The notes below the pieces were generated by a model, which saw only the letters and a program-made list of their open reading frames with translations, was not told the origin of the DNA and ran no database searches. A program made the position numbers and the translations under genes. From positions 16,527-80,526 of IMG/VR virus record IMGVR_UViG_3300035698_028866: a stretch of 64,000 nt of DNA; one strand, given 5' to 3'. Of the stretch, positions 48,990 to 57,734 are shown piece after piece (positions within the stretch are counted from its first letter, which is position 1; each line of letters opens with the position of its first letter). Source of the DNA: a virus.

Positions 48990-49634
48990 TCAGTCTCCTT
49001 TGGTAATTACTCCAGCACCTGCAAGGGCTCCTGCCAGGGTGCCCAGCTGAGAGAATCGTCTAAGTGTTTGGCTCGGAAGTCCTAGGGTAAGCCCCATGAC
49101 CGTTCCAGCGACACGACTGGCACCAAAGCCCATACCAGCACCTACTGCTCCTCTTATCATATCCCCGGTAGTTAGGATGCCTCTTACCTTGCTACCTGAA
49201 GAAGAAAGTGGAGAGAGTCTAGCGGAAGTATCCAAAAGGCTTACTGCCTGAGCTTTCTGCATCGTAGACATGTAGGGATCCCCAATGAGCAATTCCCTAC
49301 TCATATGATAAGGGATGAACTGTGCGCTTTTCTTCATTGATGCTCCCTTAAGGTTCGAATAGATTAGCGGTAGCCACGGAAGTGCACCTAAAGCTCTCCC
49401 TGTCCATTTGAACCTGTTACGTATCTTATCCTCTTGTCCCTGTGAAAACTCAAAGTTTGGGTCACTTCCCGGACCTGACATCCCTGTGAACCTACGCACC
49501 GCCCAAGGTCCTGCCATCTTCCCTGCTTGCCCCAGGAGCAAAGAAGACAAGAGAGCGGCTATGATGGGACTCCCAAACGTAGCTTTGCTTCCCACGCCTC
49601 TCAGAGCCTCATAGAGATCAGATTCTTTTTTCAT
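48990..49634 (-). CDS. Glycine-zipper membrane-like protein
   Basis: KKSAQ; GAVGAGMG, GTLAGALAG. Confidence 0.7.
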   Translation of the reverse strand: MKKESDLYEALRGVGSKATFGSPIIAALLSSLLLGQAGKMAGPWAVRRFTGMSGPGSDPNFEFSQGQEDKIRNRFKWTGRALGALPWLPLIYSNLKGASMKKSAQFIPYHMSRELLIGDPYMSTMQKAQAVSLLDTSARLSPLSSSGSKVRGILTTGDMIRGAVGAGMGFGASRVAGTVMGLTLGLPSQTLRRFSQLGTLAGALAGAGVITKGD

Positions 49635-49635
49635 T

Positions 49636-49929
49636 TTAGTCCTGCCGGAATTTGTTTACCAAGTGGCGATTCGTCCGAAGAACTACAACCTCTCCGGTTT
49701 CCAGATCGTCTACAAGCTTACCTAAATTAACGTTTGCTTCCCTTTCCGGATTTAGCTCCGGAGTAACCCAAGAACACCCCCCTCCTGGTTTTGTCATAAG
49801 ACAGTGCACAGACGGAAACCCCTCAACGGAGAACAGCGTCATAGCCCAATTCTGCTTTTTCTCCACGTCCGACAGACTTCGGATAAGACTAAGCTTTTCC
49901 GCGTCTACCATTTTTACGACCTCCCACAA
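49636..49929 (-). CDS. Hypothetical protein
   Basis: 97-aa ORF. Confidence 0.55.
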   Translation of the reverse strand: MWEVVKMVDAEKLSLIRSLSDVEKKQNWAMTLFSVEGFPSVHCLMTKPGGGCSWVTPELNPEREANVNLGKLVDDLETGEVVVLRTNRHLVNKFRQD

Positions 49930-49932
49930 AAG

Positions 49933-51867
49933 TTAAACAGCCGACACTTCTTCTGTTCCTGTAGTTTTCTTTGCTGCGTCTTCCTGCTCTTTCTTAGTCA
50001 TGGCGTCCCAAACTGTCTGTGCTGTATTACCTATTGCAGTACCCACTGTAGTACCCATCTGTTGCAACCTGCCTCGTTGCTGACCCATATTTCTGGCCTT
50101 TGCCTGACTTGCAACCTGTGTCTGATTCGAAGTCTGTATCTGATAGGGCTGTCCCGAAGAGTCTAATCTCCAAGCATACGATTCATCTCCCCTCTGCGCT
50201 GGATTAGCATAAAGCAATTTACGCTTGAAATCAACGTCACTAATCTTTTTTGCCAATTCAGCATTGGTCATCTCATACTGAGTCCCCTTTACGTTGTAGG
50301 ATATTCCGTTTGCAGTTCTAGTAAACGAACTATCCTCTGGAATCCCCAACTGCCGCCTAAGGTTCTGATCATCCATCTGCGAAACAGCTTGCGGAGTCAC
50401 AGCTGGAGAATCCATAAGAGACTTTTCAGCTTGGTAAGCATTAACAGTTGATCCTTTGGGCACTATCCCTCGTGCTCTGGCATCATTTGCGTTAGCCATA
50501 GCAATCCTGGCTCTAGAGAGACGTTTGTGCTCGACATCGCTTAAAGGTTGCTCTCCGGCCTGCATCTGCCTGATCCTAAGGGGAGCTCCACTAGCATCAT
50601 TTACAGGGTTACCAGCATCATCTACAGCAAGAACCCAACCCTCAGCGTCTACCCCTCCTTGCGGCTGTGTCTGAGCATTTGATGGTGTTGCAGGCGAAGG
50701 AGGTAAGGGCACACCAGGAGGTTTCACTATTGGTCTCTTGTATGCGTTCTGTTGTTCTGGCGTAAACTCTGGTCTAGGCTTAGATAGAAGAGTAGGCGTT
50801 GGTGTTTTCGGAGGAAGGACAGGAGCTGTTATATTAAGGTTAGGCTTCTGAGGACCTACACCTTTAAGCACGTTTGGTCCACCCAAAAGCATGTTTTTGG
50901 GGTTATTCAGTTGCATACCAGCACCTGCAAGCTTTCTCCTCGCATCGGCCTGCCCAATAGCCTCACCTCTATCAATACTTCCCTGCTTCTCTCTAAGGTT
51001 CTTCTTTGGCTTAATAGGAGGTGAAGTCCCCTTACCCGTTATGAACCTAGACTTCAATCCTGAACGTAATCGTGTCAGCGCTCCTGTGTCATTTGCCTGA
51101 GCCGCAGCTAAACCAACAGACAACCCAGCCCCTACTACAGGAAGAGCAAATACGTCCATAGGTTTCAGCTGTGCCTTACCTGATCCCACAGCCTGTAATT
51201 TTGCTTTCATCAGTGTCATTGTTCTCTTCAGGTCATCTTTTGTGTTGTCTTTGGCTTTGGGGAGTCCTTTTCTAGAAGTCCCCTTACCCGTTATGAACCT
51301 AGACTTCACCCCTGAGCTTATTCGTGCCGCAGCTGAGTCCTGCATGTTTTTAAGCTTTGCGTAGGCTGGACTTATTTCTTTCATTGAGGACAGGAGCTTA
51401 GGGCCCGGAGCTTTCTTTTTAGCTGGTGCGGGGACAGAACCTAAAGCTTTCGTAGGAATTTTAGCAGCACTAGCTTTAACCTTCGGAGCTTTCTTTTTAG
51501 TCTTCAGTGTATCATCAATCATAGCTGCAAGCTTCGGGGTGGGATTTAACCAGTTGAAGTTCTTCATAGGCGTAGGGGCGGGCAGCTTCGGAGGAGTGCT
51601 AGGCTGCTGAGGCAATAGACCACCAAGACCCTGAAGAGGAGTTCCAGAAATAATGGGCTGCTGAGGTAATACACCCCCACCAAGACCAGGCAACGCAGAA
51701 GCATTAAGCTGTTGGGGCATACCTGTTGGATCCAGCTTCGTAATGTCTTGAATACTCTGAGTCTGGTTCGTAGCCGCACCCATAGTCGGAGTAAGGTCTT
51801 TCTGAACTTCTCCTGAGCGCTTATGCAGTCCGTCCGCCATCCCCATACGGTATATATCGAAGTTCAT
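49933..51867 (-). CDS. Low-complexity Lys/Pro/Gln-rich protein (probable internal virion protein)
   Basis: Start MNFDIY with AGAGGA RBS; internal duplication KSRFITGKGTS. Confidence 0.7.
   Translation of the reverse strand: MNFDIYRMGMADGLHKRSGEVQKDLTPTMGAATNQTQSIQDITKLDPTGMPQQLNASALPGLGGGVLPQQPIISGTPLQGLGGLLPQQPSTPPKLPAPTPMKNFNWLNPTPKLAAMIDDTLKTKKKAPKVKASAAKIPTKALGSVPAPAKKKAPGPKLLSSMKEISPAYAKLKNMQDSAAARISSGVKSRFITGKGTSRKGLPKAKDNTKDDLKRTMTLMKAKLQAVGSGKAQLKPMDVFALPVVGAGLSVGLAAAQANDTGALTRLRSGLKSRFITGKGTSPPIKPKKNLREKQGSIDRGEAIGQADARRKLAGAGMQLNNPKNMLLGGPNVLKGVGPQKPNLNITAPVLPPKTPTPTLLSKPRPEFTPEQQNAYKRPIVKPPGVPLPPSPATPSNAQTQPQGGVDAEGWVLAVDDAGNPVNDASGAPLRIRQMQAGEQPLSDVEHKRLSRARIAMANANDARARGIVPKGSTVNAYQAEKSLMDSPAVTPQAVSQMDDQNLRRQLGIPEDSSFTRTANGISYNVKGTQYEMTNAELAKKISDVDFKRKLLYANPAQRGDESYAWRLDSSGQPYQIQTSNQTQVASQAKARNMGQQRGRLQQMGTTVGTAIGNTAQTVWDAMTKKEQEDAAKKTTGTEEVSAV
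51023..51308. repeat. 34-bp direct repeat pair (51023-51056, 51275-51308)
   Basis: gaagtccccttacccgttatgaacctagacttca x2. Confidence 0.9.
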
Positions 51868-51910
51868 ACAAGTGTCCTCTTGTTTTATGCATTTCCAGGT
51901 CAACAACCGT

Positions 51911-51939
51911 ATTATACGTCAAGACAGGGGGTGATGCAA
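51911..51939 (-). promoter_or_regulatory. Sigma70-type promoter TTGCAT-N17-TATAAT
   Basis: 5 nt downstream of the terminator tail. Confidence 0.75.
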
Positions 51940-51944
51940 GTTAG

Positions 51945-51996
51945 TCATAGCAAAAAAAAGGCTCAGGAAAGAGAGGTACGGAACCTGAGCCTTTTT
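51945..51996 (-). terminator. Intrinsic terminator with U8-GCTATGA tail
   Basis: GGCTCAGG/CCTGAGCC stem. Confidence 0.85.
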
Positions 51997-52032
51997 GATC
52001 CAGCCGAGTAAATTAAAACCCGGCCGAACCAA

Positions 52033-52584
52033 CTACTTCGAAGCACGGCCAAGCTGATAAAAGTAATCCTCACGCTTCTCCTCTCGGGTGTGCTCGAGCA
52101 AAGACTTGGCATTCGTCAGCACAAGGAGTTCAGCTTCAAGCTCATGAATCTTAGTCAACATCACAGCCATAGGAATGCTAACAACCTTACAACATATTTT
52201 GCCATCCTGAATCTCCTCTCTGGTTCTGATCAGGGTATTGTCTGTCCACACCTTAACAAACGCGGAGGCCACCGCTTTTTTAAGAACCATCTCGGCCTCA
52301 AGCATAACATTATTGTGGAGCTTTGACTTCTTCACTGCCTCATAGACAGCCCTTGCAGGAGCTATAAGATCCTCATATACTTCCCAATCAGAATCAGTCC
52401 AAAGATTAGCAACTATCCAACCGATATCTACCCCTAGCTCCATAGAACTGATTACTTCATTTTCAGTCAACTTAGGAACAGTAAGAAACTCTAAGTCGAT
52501 GCAATGGAAGCATCCAGGCATCTTATCTCCCGCGTCATCATACTCATTTACAGCAAATCTGCTACTTCTTAGGTCAACTCTCAT
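52033..52584 (-). CDS. Hypothetical protein
   Basis: Start MRVDLR with GAGGA RBS. Confidence 0.65.
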   Translation of the reverse strand: MRVDLRSSRFAVNEYDDAGDKMPGCFHCIDLEFLTVPKLTENEVISSMELGVDIGWIVANLWTDSDWEVYEDLIAPARAVYEAVKKSKLHNNVMLEAEMVLKKAVASAFVKVWTDNTLIRTREEIQDGKICCKVVSIPMAVMLTKIHELEAELLVLTNAKSLLEHTREEKREDYFYQLGRASK

Positions 52585-52592
52585 AGTAATCC

Positions 52593-52763
52593 TCACATCC
52601 GTCTGTCCTCGAATGGTATCGTATCGCACAAGGCCGCGAATACGAAAAATATTAGAACCATAGCCACGAGTACACATGTGGTAACTACCATTTCTGTTGT
52701 CATGATAGCTTCAGCTTCAATCTCATGAATCTTAGTCAACATCACATCCGTAGTCTCTTTCAT
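52593..52763 (-). CDS. Small membrane protein (56 aa; not in the ORF track)
   Basis: AGGAG RBS; MKETTDVMLTKIHEIEAE... with one hydrophobic helix. Confidence 0.5.
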   Translation of the reverse strand: MKETTDVMLTKIHEIEAEAIMTTEMVVTTCVLVAMVLIFFVFAALCDTIPFEDRRM

Positions 52764-52785
52764 CAATTGTCTCCTAATAGTAGAG

Positions 52786-52875
52786 TGGTAGCCGAGAAGG
52801 GAATCGAACCCTCAAGGGACATTGTATCCCACCAGAGTTTAAATCTGATACGTTTGCCTGTTTCGTCACCCGGCC
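52786..52875 (-). tRNA. trnL: tRNA-Leu (anticodon UAA), CCA encoded
   Basis: GGCCGGG/CTCGGCT acceptor, TCAGA-TTTAAAC-TCTGG anticodon arm, long variable arm, GAGGG-TTCGATT-CCCTT T arm, ACCA end. Confidence 0.93.
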
Positions 52876-52889
52876 ACAGAGCAACTACA

Positions 52890-53231
52890 CTATTTCAGGT
52901 AAGCTAGTCCTACGCGCCTGTAGATGTACTTCATGGAATGCCCCGGAAAGTGTGCTCCCATAGGCAGGCTCTCAGGGGTAAAAAGTTCTGAGAAAGCAGG
53001 TTCAGGGTAGACAATGAACAACTCATCTTCATGCTTTACGAGTACAAAAGTTTTAGCATCCACAAGACAGACTCCTTCAACATCTATGCCACGACCAACA
53101 ACATAGCCTTCTATCACTCCCGGTTTCCCTTCTGGACGAAAAGAATAGATCAGAATACAGGCGAGAATGATAAAAGCCGCACCAAACGCTCTTTTTTCAT
53201 ACTTCCAGTTAATGTCATAATCCATCTCCAT
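52890..53231 (-). CDS. Membrane-anchored hypothetical protein
   Basis: N-terminal TM segment AFGAAFIILACILIY. Confidence 0.65.
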   Translation of the reverse strand: MEMDYDINWKYEKRAFGAAFIILACILIYSFRPEGKPGVIEGYVVGRGIDVEGVCLVDAKTFVLVKHEDELFIVYPEPAFSELFTPESLPMGAHFPGHSMKYIYRRVGLAYLK

Positions 53232-53271
53232 TATACTTCCTCCTCCTGGTTAGAGATTCTTCCCTTACCTA

Positions 53272-53451
53272 TTACCCACAAAATGCGTTTATGCGATAGA
53301 GGTTAAAGCTCCCATCAAGCCTCTTCTTACTGGTCACTATCTCAAAGCGCCTATAGCACTCGCGGCACTCAGCATACACAGTTCGCTCTATATGTCCTAT
53401 GTATGTAGTATCAGTGACATCTAACTCGCATCCGTCAACTGGACAAAACAT
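53272..53451 (-). CDS. Small zinc-ribbon protein (59 aa; not in the ORF track)
   Basis: MFCPVDGC...CRECY; ATG overlaps the upstream stop. Confidence 0.5.
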   Translation of the reverse strand: MFCPVDGCELDVTDTTYIGHIERTVYAECRECYRRFEIVTSKKRLDGSFNLYRINAFCG

Positions 53452-53744
53452 CAGATCTTCCCCTTTAAAAATTCCTTTAGGATCTCAGGTGCAAGGTCCA
53501 CAGAGTTATTCATGAACCCTTTATGATCTTCTCCAGTTACAGCTTTCGTGAAGTCAGAGAGACATATGTGCGCTATAGTCCTTAGAATAGCTTCATTGTT
53601 GTCTTCCTTTAGCCTGCTTACTGCATAAGGACCCAAAGCAACCGGAACGCTACCAGACGCTATAGACGTTCCGCACATAGTAATCTCAAAGACGGGCTTC
53701 AAGTTTGTTAGTTTGGCATCCATCATCATCTCCTTGGCTCTCAA
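53451..53744 (-). CDS. Hypothetical protein
   Basis: 97-aa ORF. Confidence 0.6.
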   Translation of the reverse strand: MRAKEMMMDAKLTNLKPVFEITMCGTSIASGSVPVALGPYAVSRLKEDNNEAILRTIAHICLSDFTKAVTGEDHKGFMNNSVDLAPEILKEFLKGKI

Positions 53745-53764
53745 ACCTCAGGTAATATTGTGTG

Positions 53765-54142
53765 TTACTCCGGCTCTCTGGTCAGAATAGTCTCAAGCAC
53801 ATGGATTATCTCGTGGCTGGTAGCTACAACATCGTTCGATGAAATGTCATAGCGGTTTTCAGCACACTCCTTGAGCGGGGCGAGGAACAACTCCAACGCC
53901 TCATGCCGCCCAAGGTGTTCGGGGCTGCAAAACGGGTAGAGTTCTTTATCCGCACGGGGGTCAAGCCTTGCGGTAGCAAAGAGTCCCAAGTTCGCTATTT
54001 CTATATGTGCCGGAGTCTCGTCCAACTCCCTTTGCTCAAACATCACTGTCCACTTCCCCAGTTCAAGGCGTTTCTGCCAATACTGGAAGGATTCTACGAA
54101 CCGGTCAAACGCGTTGTCTTGCTTTCTCTTTGTCACTGGCAT
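53765..54142 (-). CDS. Small metallopeptidase-like phage protein
   Basis: WQKRLEL..W; RHEALEL and SHEIIH motifs. Confidence 0.55.
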   Translation of the reverse strand: MPVTKRKQDNAFDRFVESFQYWQKRLELGKWTVMFEQRELDETPAHIEIANLGLFATARLDPRADKELYPFCSPEHLGRHEALELFLAPLKECAENRYDISSNDVVATSHEIIHVLETILTREPE

Positions 54143-54357
54143 ATCCCTAGTCTTGCTTTCTCTTTGTCACTGTAAGCCAGGCGTTCCCAATCGGCATCGT
54201 CAATCACAGGCTCCAGGCCCGTCTCAGAATGGGATTTCGTCGTCTGGGACTTCCGCAACGCTTTCAGTTGCTCCCCCAGGCCCCTCACTTGCTTCTGAAG
54301 TTGTGCTATCCTCAGTTCGGCATCCTCCAGCCTCTGGATCATGTCCCCAATCATCAT
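54133..54357 (-). CDS. Small coiled-coil protein
   Basis: Start MMIGD with AAGGAG RBS. Confidence 0.55.
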   Translation of the reverse strand: MMIGDMIQRLEDAELRIAQLQKQVRGLGEQLKALRKSQTTKSHSETGLEPVIDDADWERLAYSDKEKARLGICQ

Positions 54358-54468
54358 CGTCTCCTTGACTCTCAAATCTCAGGCAAGGTTTGTTGAAGGT
54401 CAGGGTGACTGTGCCACCCGGCCCAAACCTGTTCTTCTCAATCTTCACTCTACGCTTGCGTCGTCCAT
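54224..54468 (-). pseudogene. Relic of a DnaB-like helicase C-terminus with acidic DDEIPF tail
   Basis: VKIEKNRFGPGGTVTLTFNKPCLRFES resembles the DnaB arginine-finger strand (IAKQRNGPTGTV.L.F....RF). Confidence 0.45.
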
Positions 54469-54470
54469 GT

Positions 54471-54839
54471 TTAGCTCTTTTCTACTGCCTCGAGGCGAAA
54501 TGGCTCTAAGAAATGAATTGCCCTATTTACCAGTTCCCGTGTCTTATAGCTTTCCATGGGATCATTCGGATCATAGGAAAAGATAGTTAGTTTCCTATAC
54601 CGTCGATTGTCGTAGTACCAACCTGCTGTGTAATACATAAGATTGACGTCGCAACGGGTATCGCTGGGGTTCTTCTTCTTTTCCCTCATGATCAGTGTAT
54701 AGGAATCTATCAACTCCACTCTGATGAAGGGTCCAAAGACAGGCCCATCTGATATCATACCTTGAACGTTGATTGCGGTTTCTCTTTGCAGGTCATATCC
54801 GTCGTGTAGCCTTACATACACATTATCAGCCATTGCCAC
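54471..54839 (-). CDS. Hypothetical protein
   Basis: 122-aa ORF. Confidence 0.65.
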   Translation of the reverse strand: MAMADNVYVRLHDGYDLQRETAINVQGMISDGPVFGPFIRVELIDSYTLIMREKKKNPSDTRCDVNLMYYTAGWYYDNRRYRKLTIFSYDPNDPMESYKTRELVNRAIHFLEPFRLEAVEKS

Positions 54840-55022
54840 TTCCTCCCTAAAGTATGCTCAACCCATATATGACTACTTTACTCATGTACCCGGTTACGCA
54901 ACGTTGGGTGCTTGAATAATTTAGCACAAATATGGGCAGTAATACGTTGTCATAACTCTCTCTATAACAGTCTTCTACGTATAGTTCTACTCAACTGTTG
55001 GTATCAGCTTGCCAGTTGAATT

Positions 55023-55421
55023 TTAGAGAGCAGGAAAGGATGGATCCAGAAGGCCCCCCGCCCTTTTGACAGCCAGGACAATCTTTCCATCTTTTCCCAT
55101 GTGATTGATGATACTCGACGCGTAAGAAAGCAAAATCTTCCGAATGAACGCCCGAGGGAAACTCGTCAAATCATCCAGGTCTCCAGCGAATTTGTGCTCA
55201 TCAAGATTCCTAAGCGCCTGCAGTCTTCCTCGCTTGTAGCAGAAGTTGTCGTTTTCTGAGCAGATGGCCAGCGCGAACTGTCCTTCCTCAGTCAGAACTG
55301 CCGAAGCACCACCTTTGGGCTGAAGATTCGGGCCTTCTACCATTGGGACCCCATCTAAGAAGTCAACCTCGATCTCTTCCATCAATGCATTTCTGAAGTG
55401 GAAAAACGTAAATTTTCCCAT
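55023..55421 (-). CDS. Hypothetical phage protein (A.CS..DNF..K.GR..AL motif)
   Basis: 132-aa ORF. Confidence 0.65.
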   Translation of the reverse strand: MGKFTFFHFRNALMEEIEVDFLDGVPMVEGPNLQPKGGASAVLTEEGQFALAICSENDNFCYKRGRLQALRNLDEHKFAGDLDDLTSFPRAFIRKILLSYASSIINHMGKDGKIVLAVKRAGGLLDPSFPAL

Positions 55422-55426
55422 GATCT

Positions 55427-56038
55427 TTACCTCCTTTTGCTTCGTTTTTTAAGATTACTCATAGCAGAGCACATACTCTTGCTACTCGTGTAATGACTTT
55501 TAACGTTGTCATAGAGCTCATCCCACGTGATTCCTGGATGAGTTTCTTTATACGCTACTACTCTTTTACGTACTTTCTGAGCTGGTCCGGAACCCTCCAG
55601 CATAGGAAGTCCGCCCAGGCCCCCCTCAGGATGATCTTCCAAATGTCTCAGGAAAACTTCTCTTCGGCTCTCTGAGATACCTGGACCACATTCTGGCTTT
55701 GGTTCGAGAACTGTGTTAGTGTCCTCTTGGATTGAGATTATTCCTACTCCGATTCGTGTGCATTTCACAATACTCCGCTGTTGAGGCTTTGTTCCAATGC
55801 CGCAGTAAACAGAAGATGTAAGCTCTTTGAGCAGCGACGCTTGGTGTAGAACCTTCTGCGTCAGAGCCATCTTCAACTCGACAACTACTATATTGGAGTT
55901 TTGCACTGCAACAAGATCTATAGGACCAGAAATTCCAGACGGTACTTCGGAATAAACCTGGAAACCCAATAGCCTGAACCAGTCTCTCAGTGTGCAGAAG
56001 AGCCGCGCTTCAGTAAATTTGCGTGGGCTACTTCTCAT
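55427..56038 (-). CDS. PD-(D/E)XK nuclease-fold protein (DUF2161-like)
   Basis: E..L...GFQVYSEV...IDLVAV...VVELK...LHQA. Confidence 0.75.
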   Translation of the reverse strand: MRSSPRKFTEARLFCTLRDWFRLLGFQVYSEVPSGISGPIDLVAVQNSNIVVVELKMALTQKVLHQASLLKELTSSVYCGIGTKPQQRSIVKCTRIGVGIISIQEDTNTVLEPKPECGPGISESRREVFLRHLEDHPEGGLGGLPMLEGSGPAQKVRKRVVAYKETHPGITWDELYDNVKSHYTSSKSMCSAMSNLKKRSKRR

Positions 56039-56757
56039 AACAGGGAGTGCTTTAAAGGAAGTAGAAACTTTATACTAACAATGTTCATAATCCCGCTGCT
56101 CATATAGGCAGTACGTGTTTCTACCTGCATTTCATTTTGGTCTGCCCAAGAAACAAGATCATCAGACTGCTCTTCTTCTTGTAGGGCAAACCGTATGTCT
56201 ATCTGCCCCATGCTAGCTAGCTTTAGAAATACGTCCGCGGCGTAGCAAGACTTTGGTATGGTGAGAAGACACTTTGAGTCAAAACCTACTAGCCGCGCGA
56301 GTTTAAGCGCGTTTACTGCGGTAGCCAGATCCATAGGACCCAAGGTCTCTGGGTTTTCAGTCATCCCCGACAAGGCCAACCTCTCATGATGTGGAATTAC
56401 ATGAGGAAGAATCCAGTGTTCAAATATCTGCATAGCGTTGTACATGTGCTCATATGATTCTACAGTGGCAGGATCGTCATCATAGGCTATCCTGACATTG
56501 TTCGTAAGTACAGGATAACTCTCAAGCTCTTCCGCCTCCTCTATAGAATACTCGGTTTTGCAACAGGGGCATATTAGAGGAAGACCCTCTACCTTGCTTA
56601 ATTCAATTGCATCGCCGCCAAGGCCTAATACGTTCCAGGTATGGATTGATGACAGCGAAAAATGCAGCCCTCTCTTGGTTGGAGTAAGTGTCACAGGACC
56701 ATCATATAATGCGTTAAGAAGTTCACCACAGCCTTTGCATCGCGGGGCAGTCATCAT
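56035..56757 (-). CDS. Hypothetical protein with zinc ribbon
   Basis: CKGC...CPCC. Confidence 0.65.
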   Translation of the reverse strand: MMTAPRCKGCGELLNALYDGPVTLTPTKRGLHFSLSSIHTWNVLGLGGDAIELSKVEGLPLICPCCKTEYSIEEAEELESYPVLTNNVRIAYDDDPATVESYEHMYNAMQIFEHWILPHVIPHHERLALSGMTENPETLGPMDLATAVNALKLARLVGFDSKCLLTIPKSCYAADVFLKLASMGQIDIRFALQEEEQSDDLVSWADQNEMQVETRTAYMSSGIMNIVSIKFLLPLKHSLL

Positions 56758-56902
56758 TAGAAATTCCCTCTAAAAAGAGCAACTATTCCATATTTTCGTC
56801 ATGTTCACTTTGTTTCTCATCAGACAAGGACATGAGATTTACAAGGATGCCTAGAGCTACTAACGAAAAGACTATCAGAAGCGCAAACACATAGTGCATC
56901 TT

Positions 56903-57118
56903 TTACTCCTTTTCTCCCATTATATCCTTCAGATCATTTTGAAAGGTGCCAAATTTGTCTTCGCACGGGTCAATAGCATGGTCTTCCCAGCTTACATCCT
57001 CAGCGGAGTCTGCATCAAGACGGAGCGAAATGGTTAATTTACACTTGCTACACCGAATACATGTAGATACTTCTGGAACATCACACAGTTTTCCACAGCT
57101 AGGGCAGCATACGAACAT
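56903..57118 (-). CDS. Zinc-ribbon protein
   Basis: CPSCG...CSKC. Confidence 0.6.
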   Translation of the reverse strand: MFVCCPSCGKLCDVPEVSTCIRCSKCKLTISLRLDADSAEDVSWEDHAIDPCEDKFGTFQNDLKDIMGEKE

Positions 57119-57234
57119 ATTAAGTCTCCTCTCTCTTTAAGTGCAAATTCGAAACCGTCGCGCTACCGGCTTCCTGTTGTTACGCCCGGTCATGAATTTC
57201 CCCCCGAAGAGCTTATGGACCCAATGAAACAAGA

Positions 57235-57690
57235 CTAGCTAAGCTTGAACGTGTGATTTTCATCTGCAGTCTTAGAAAAAACTACATGTGAGCCCAGGGG
57301 TCTGTTCTCCCAAAGGCGGGGATGTTTGTATTGCTTCACAGGGAACAGCCTATATATGTAATAGTATGGACGCTCGCCCCAAGCTTTTATGACCTCGTCT
57401 CGACTTAGCTTGGTCAAATCCTCCATGCCAGAGAGCTTTCCGAGAGGAACTTTCTCTGGGCGTCCAATTCGTACGATACCGAGAACCCTATCTTCCTCCA
57501 CCATGTAGAGATTCTCATCCTGATGCGTCTTGTCATTCTTTGGTCTTACCATAAGCAGCTTTTCGCCATCCATAGTAAGAGACCCATGCGGAGAAGGCAT
57601 GATAATCCCAGCCAAAGGGGGAGCGTCTTCTGCAGCTTTTCTTCCTGCAAAGTACCCCGCTTCAAAGCCTGCTCTGTGCTGTTTCATCAT
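57235..57690 (-). CDS. ASCH/PUA-like domain protein
   Basis: GIIMPSPHGSLTMDGEKLLMVR...VLGIVRI...YIY; probable leaderless start MMKQ. Confidence 0.55.
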   Translation of the reverse strand: MMKQHRAGFEAGYFAGRKAAEDAPPLAGIIMPSPHGSLTMDGEKLLMVRPKNDKTHQDENLYMVEEDRVLGIVRIGRPEKVPLGKLSGMEDLTKLSRDEVIKAWGERPYYYIYRLFPVKQYKHPRLWENRPLGSHVVFSKTADENHTFKLS

Positions 57691-57697
57691 GCCCTGC

Positions 57698-57726
57698 ATT
57701 ATACGTCATGCTCTCCCACAGGTCAA
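57698..57726 (-). promoter_or_regulatory. Sigma70-type promoter TTGACC-N17-TATAAT
   Basis: Between the Nop-domain gene and the ASCH-like gene. Confidence 0.7.
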
Positions 57727-57734
57727 CCTTGGGC

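Noticed and set aside
53699-53710. tcaagtttgtta as target of the first array unit
   Set aside because: Only 12 of 18 positions match; plausible by chance in 64 kb
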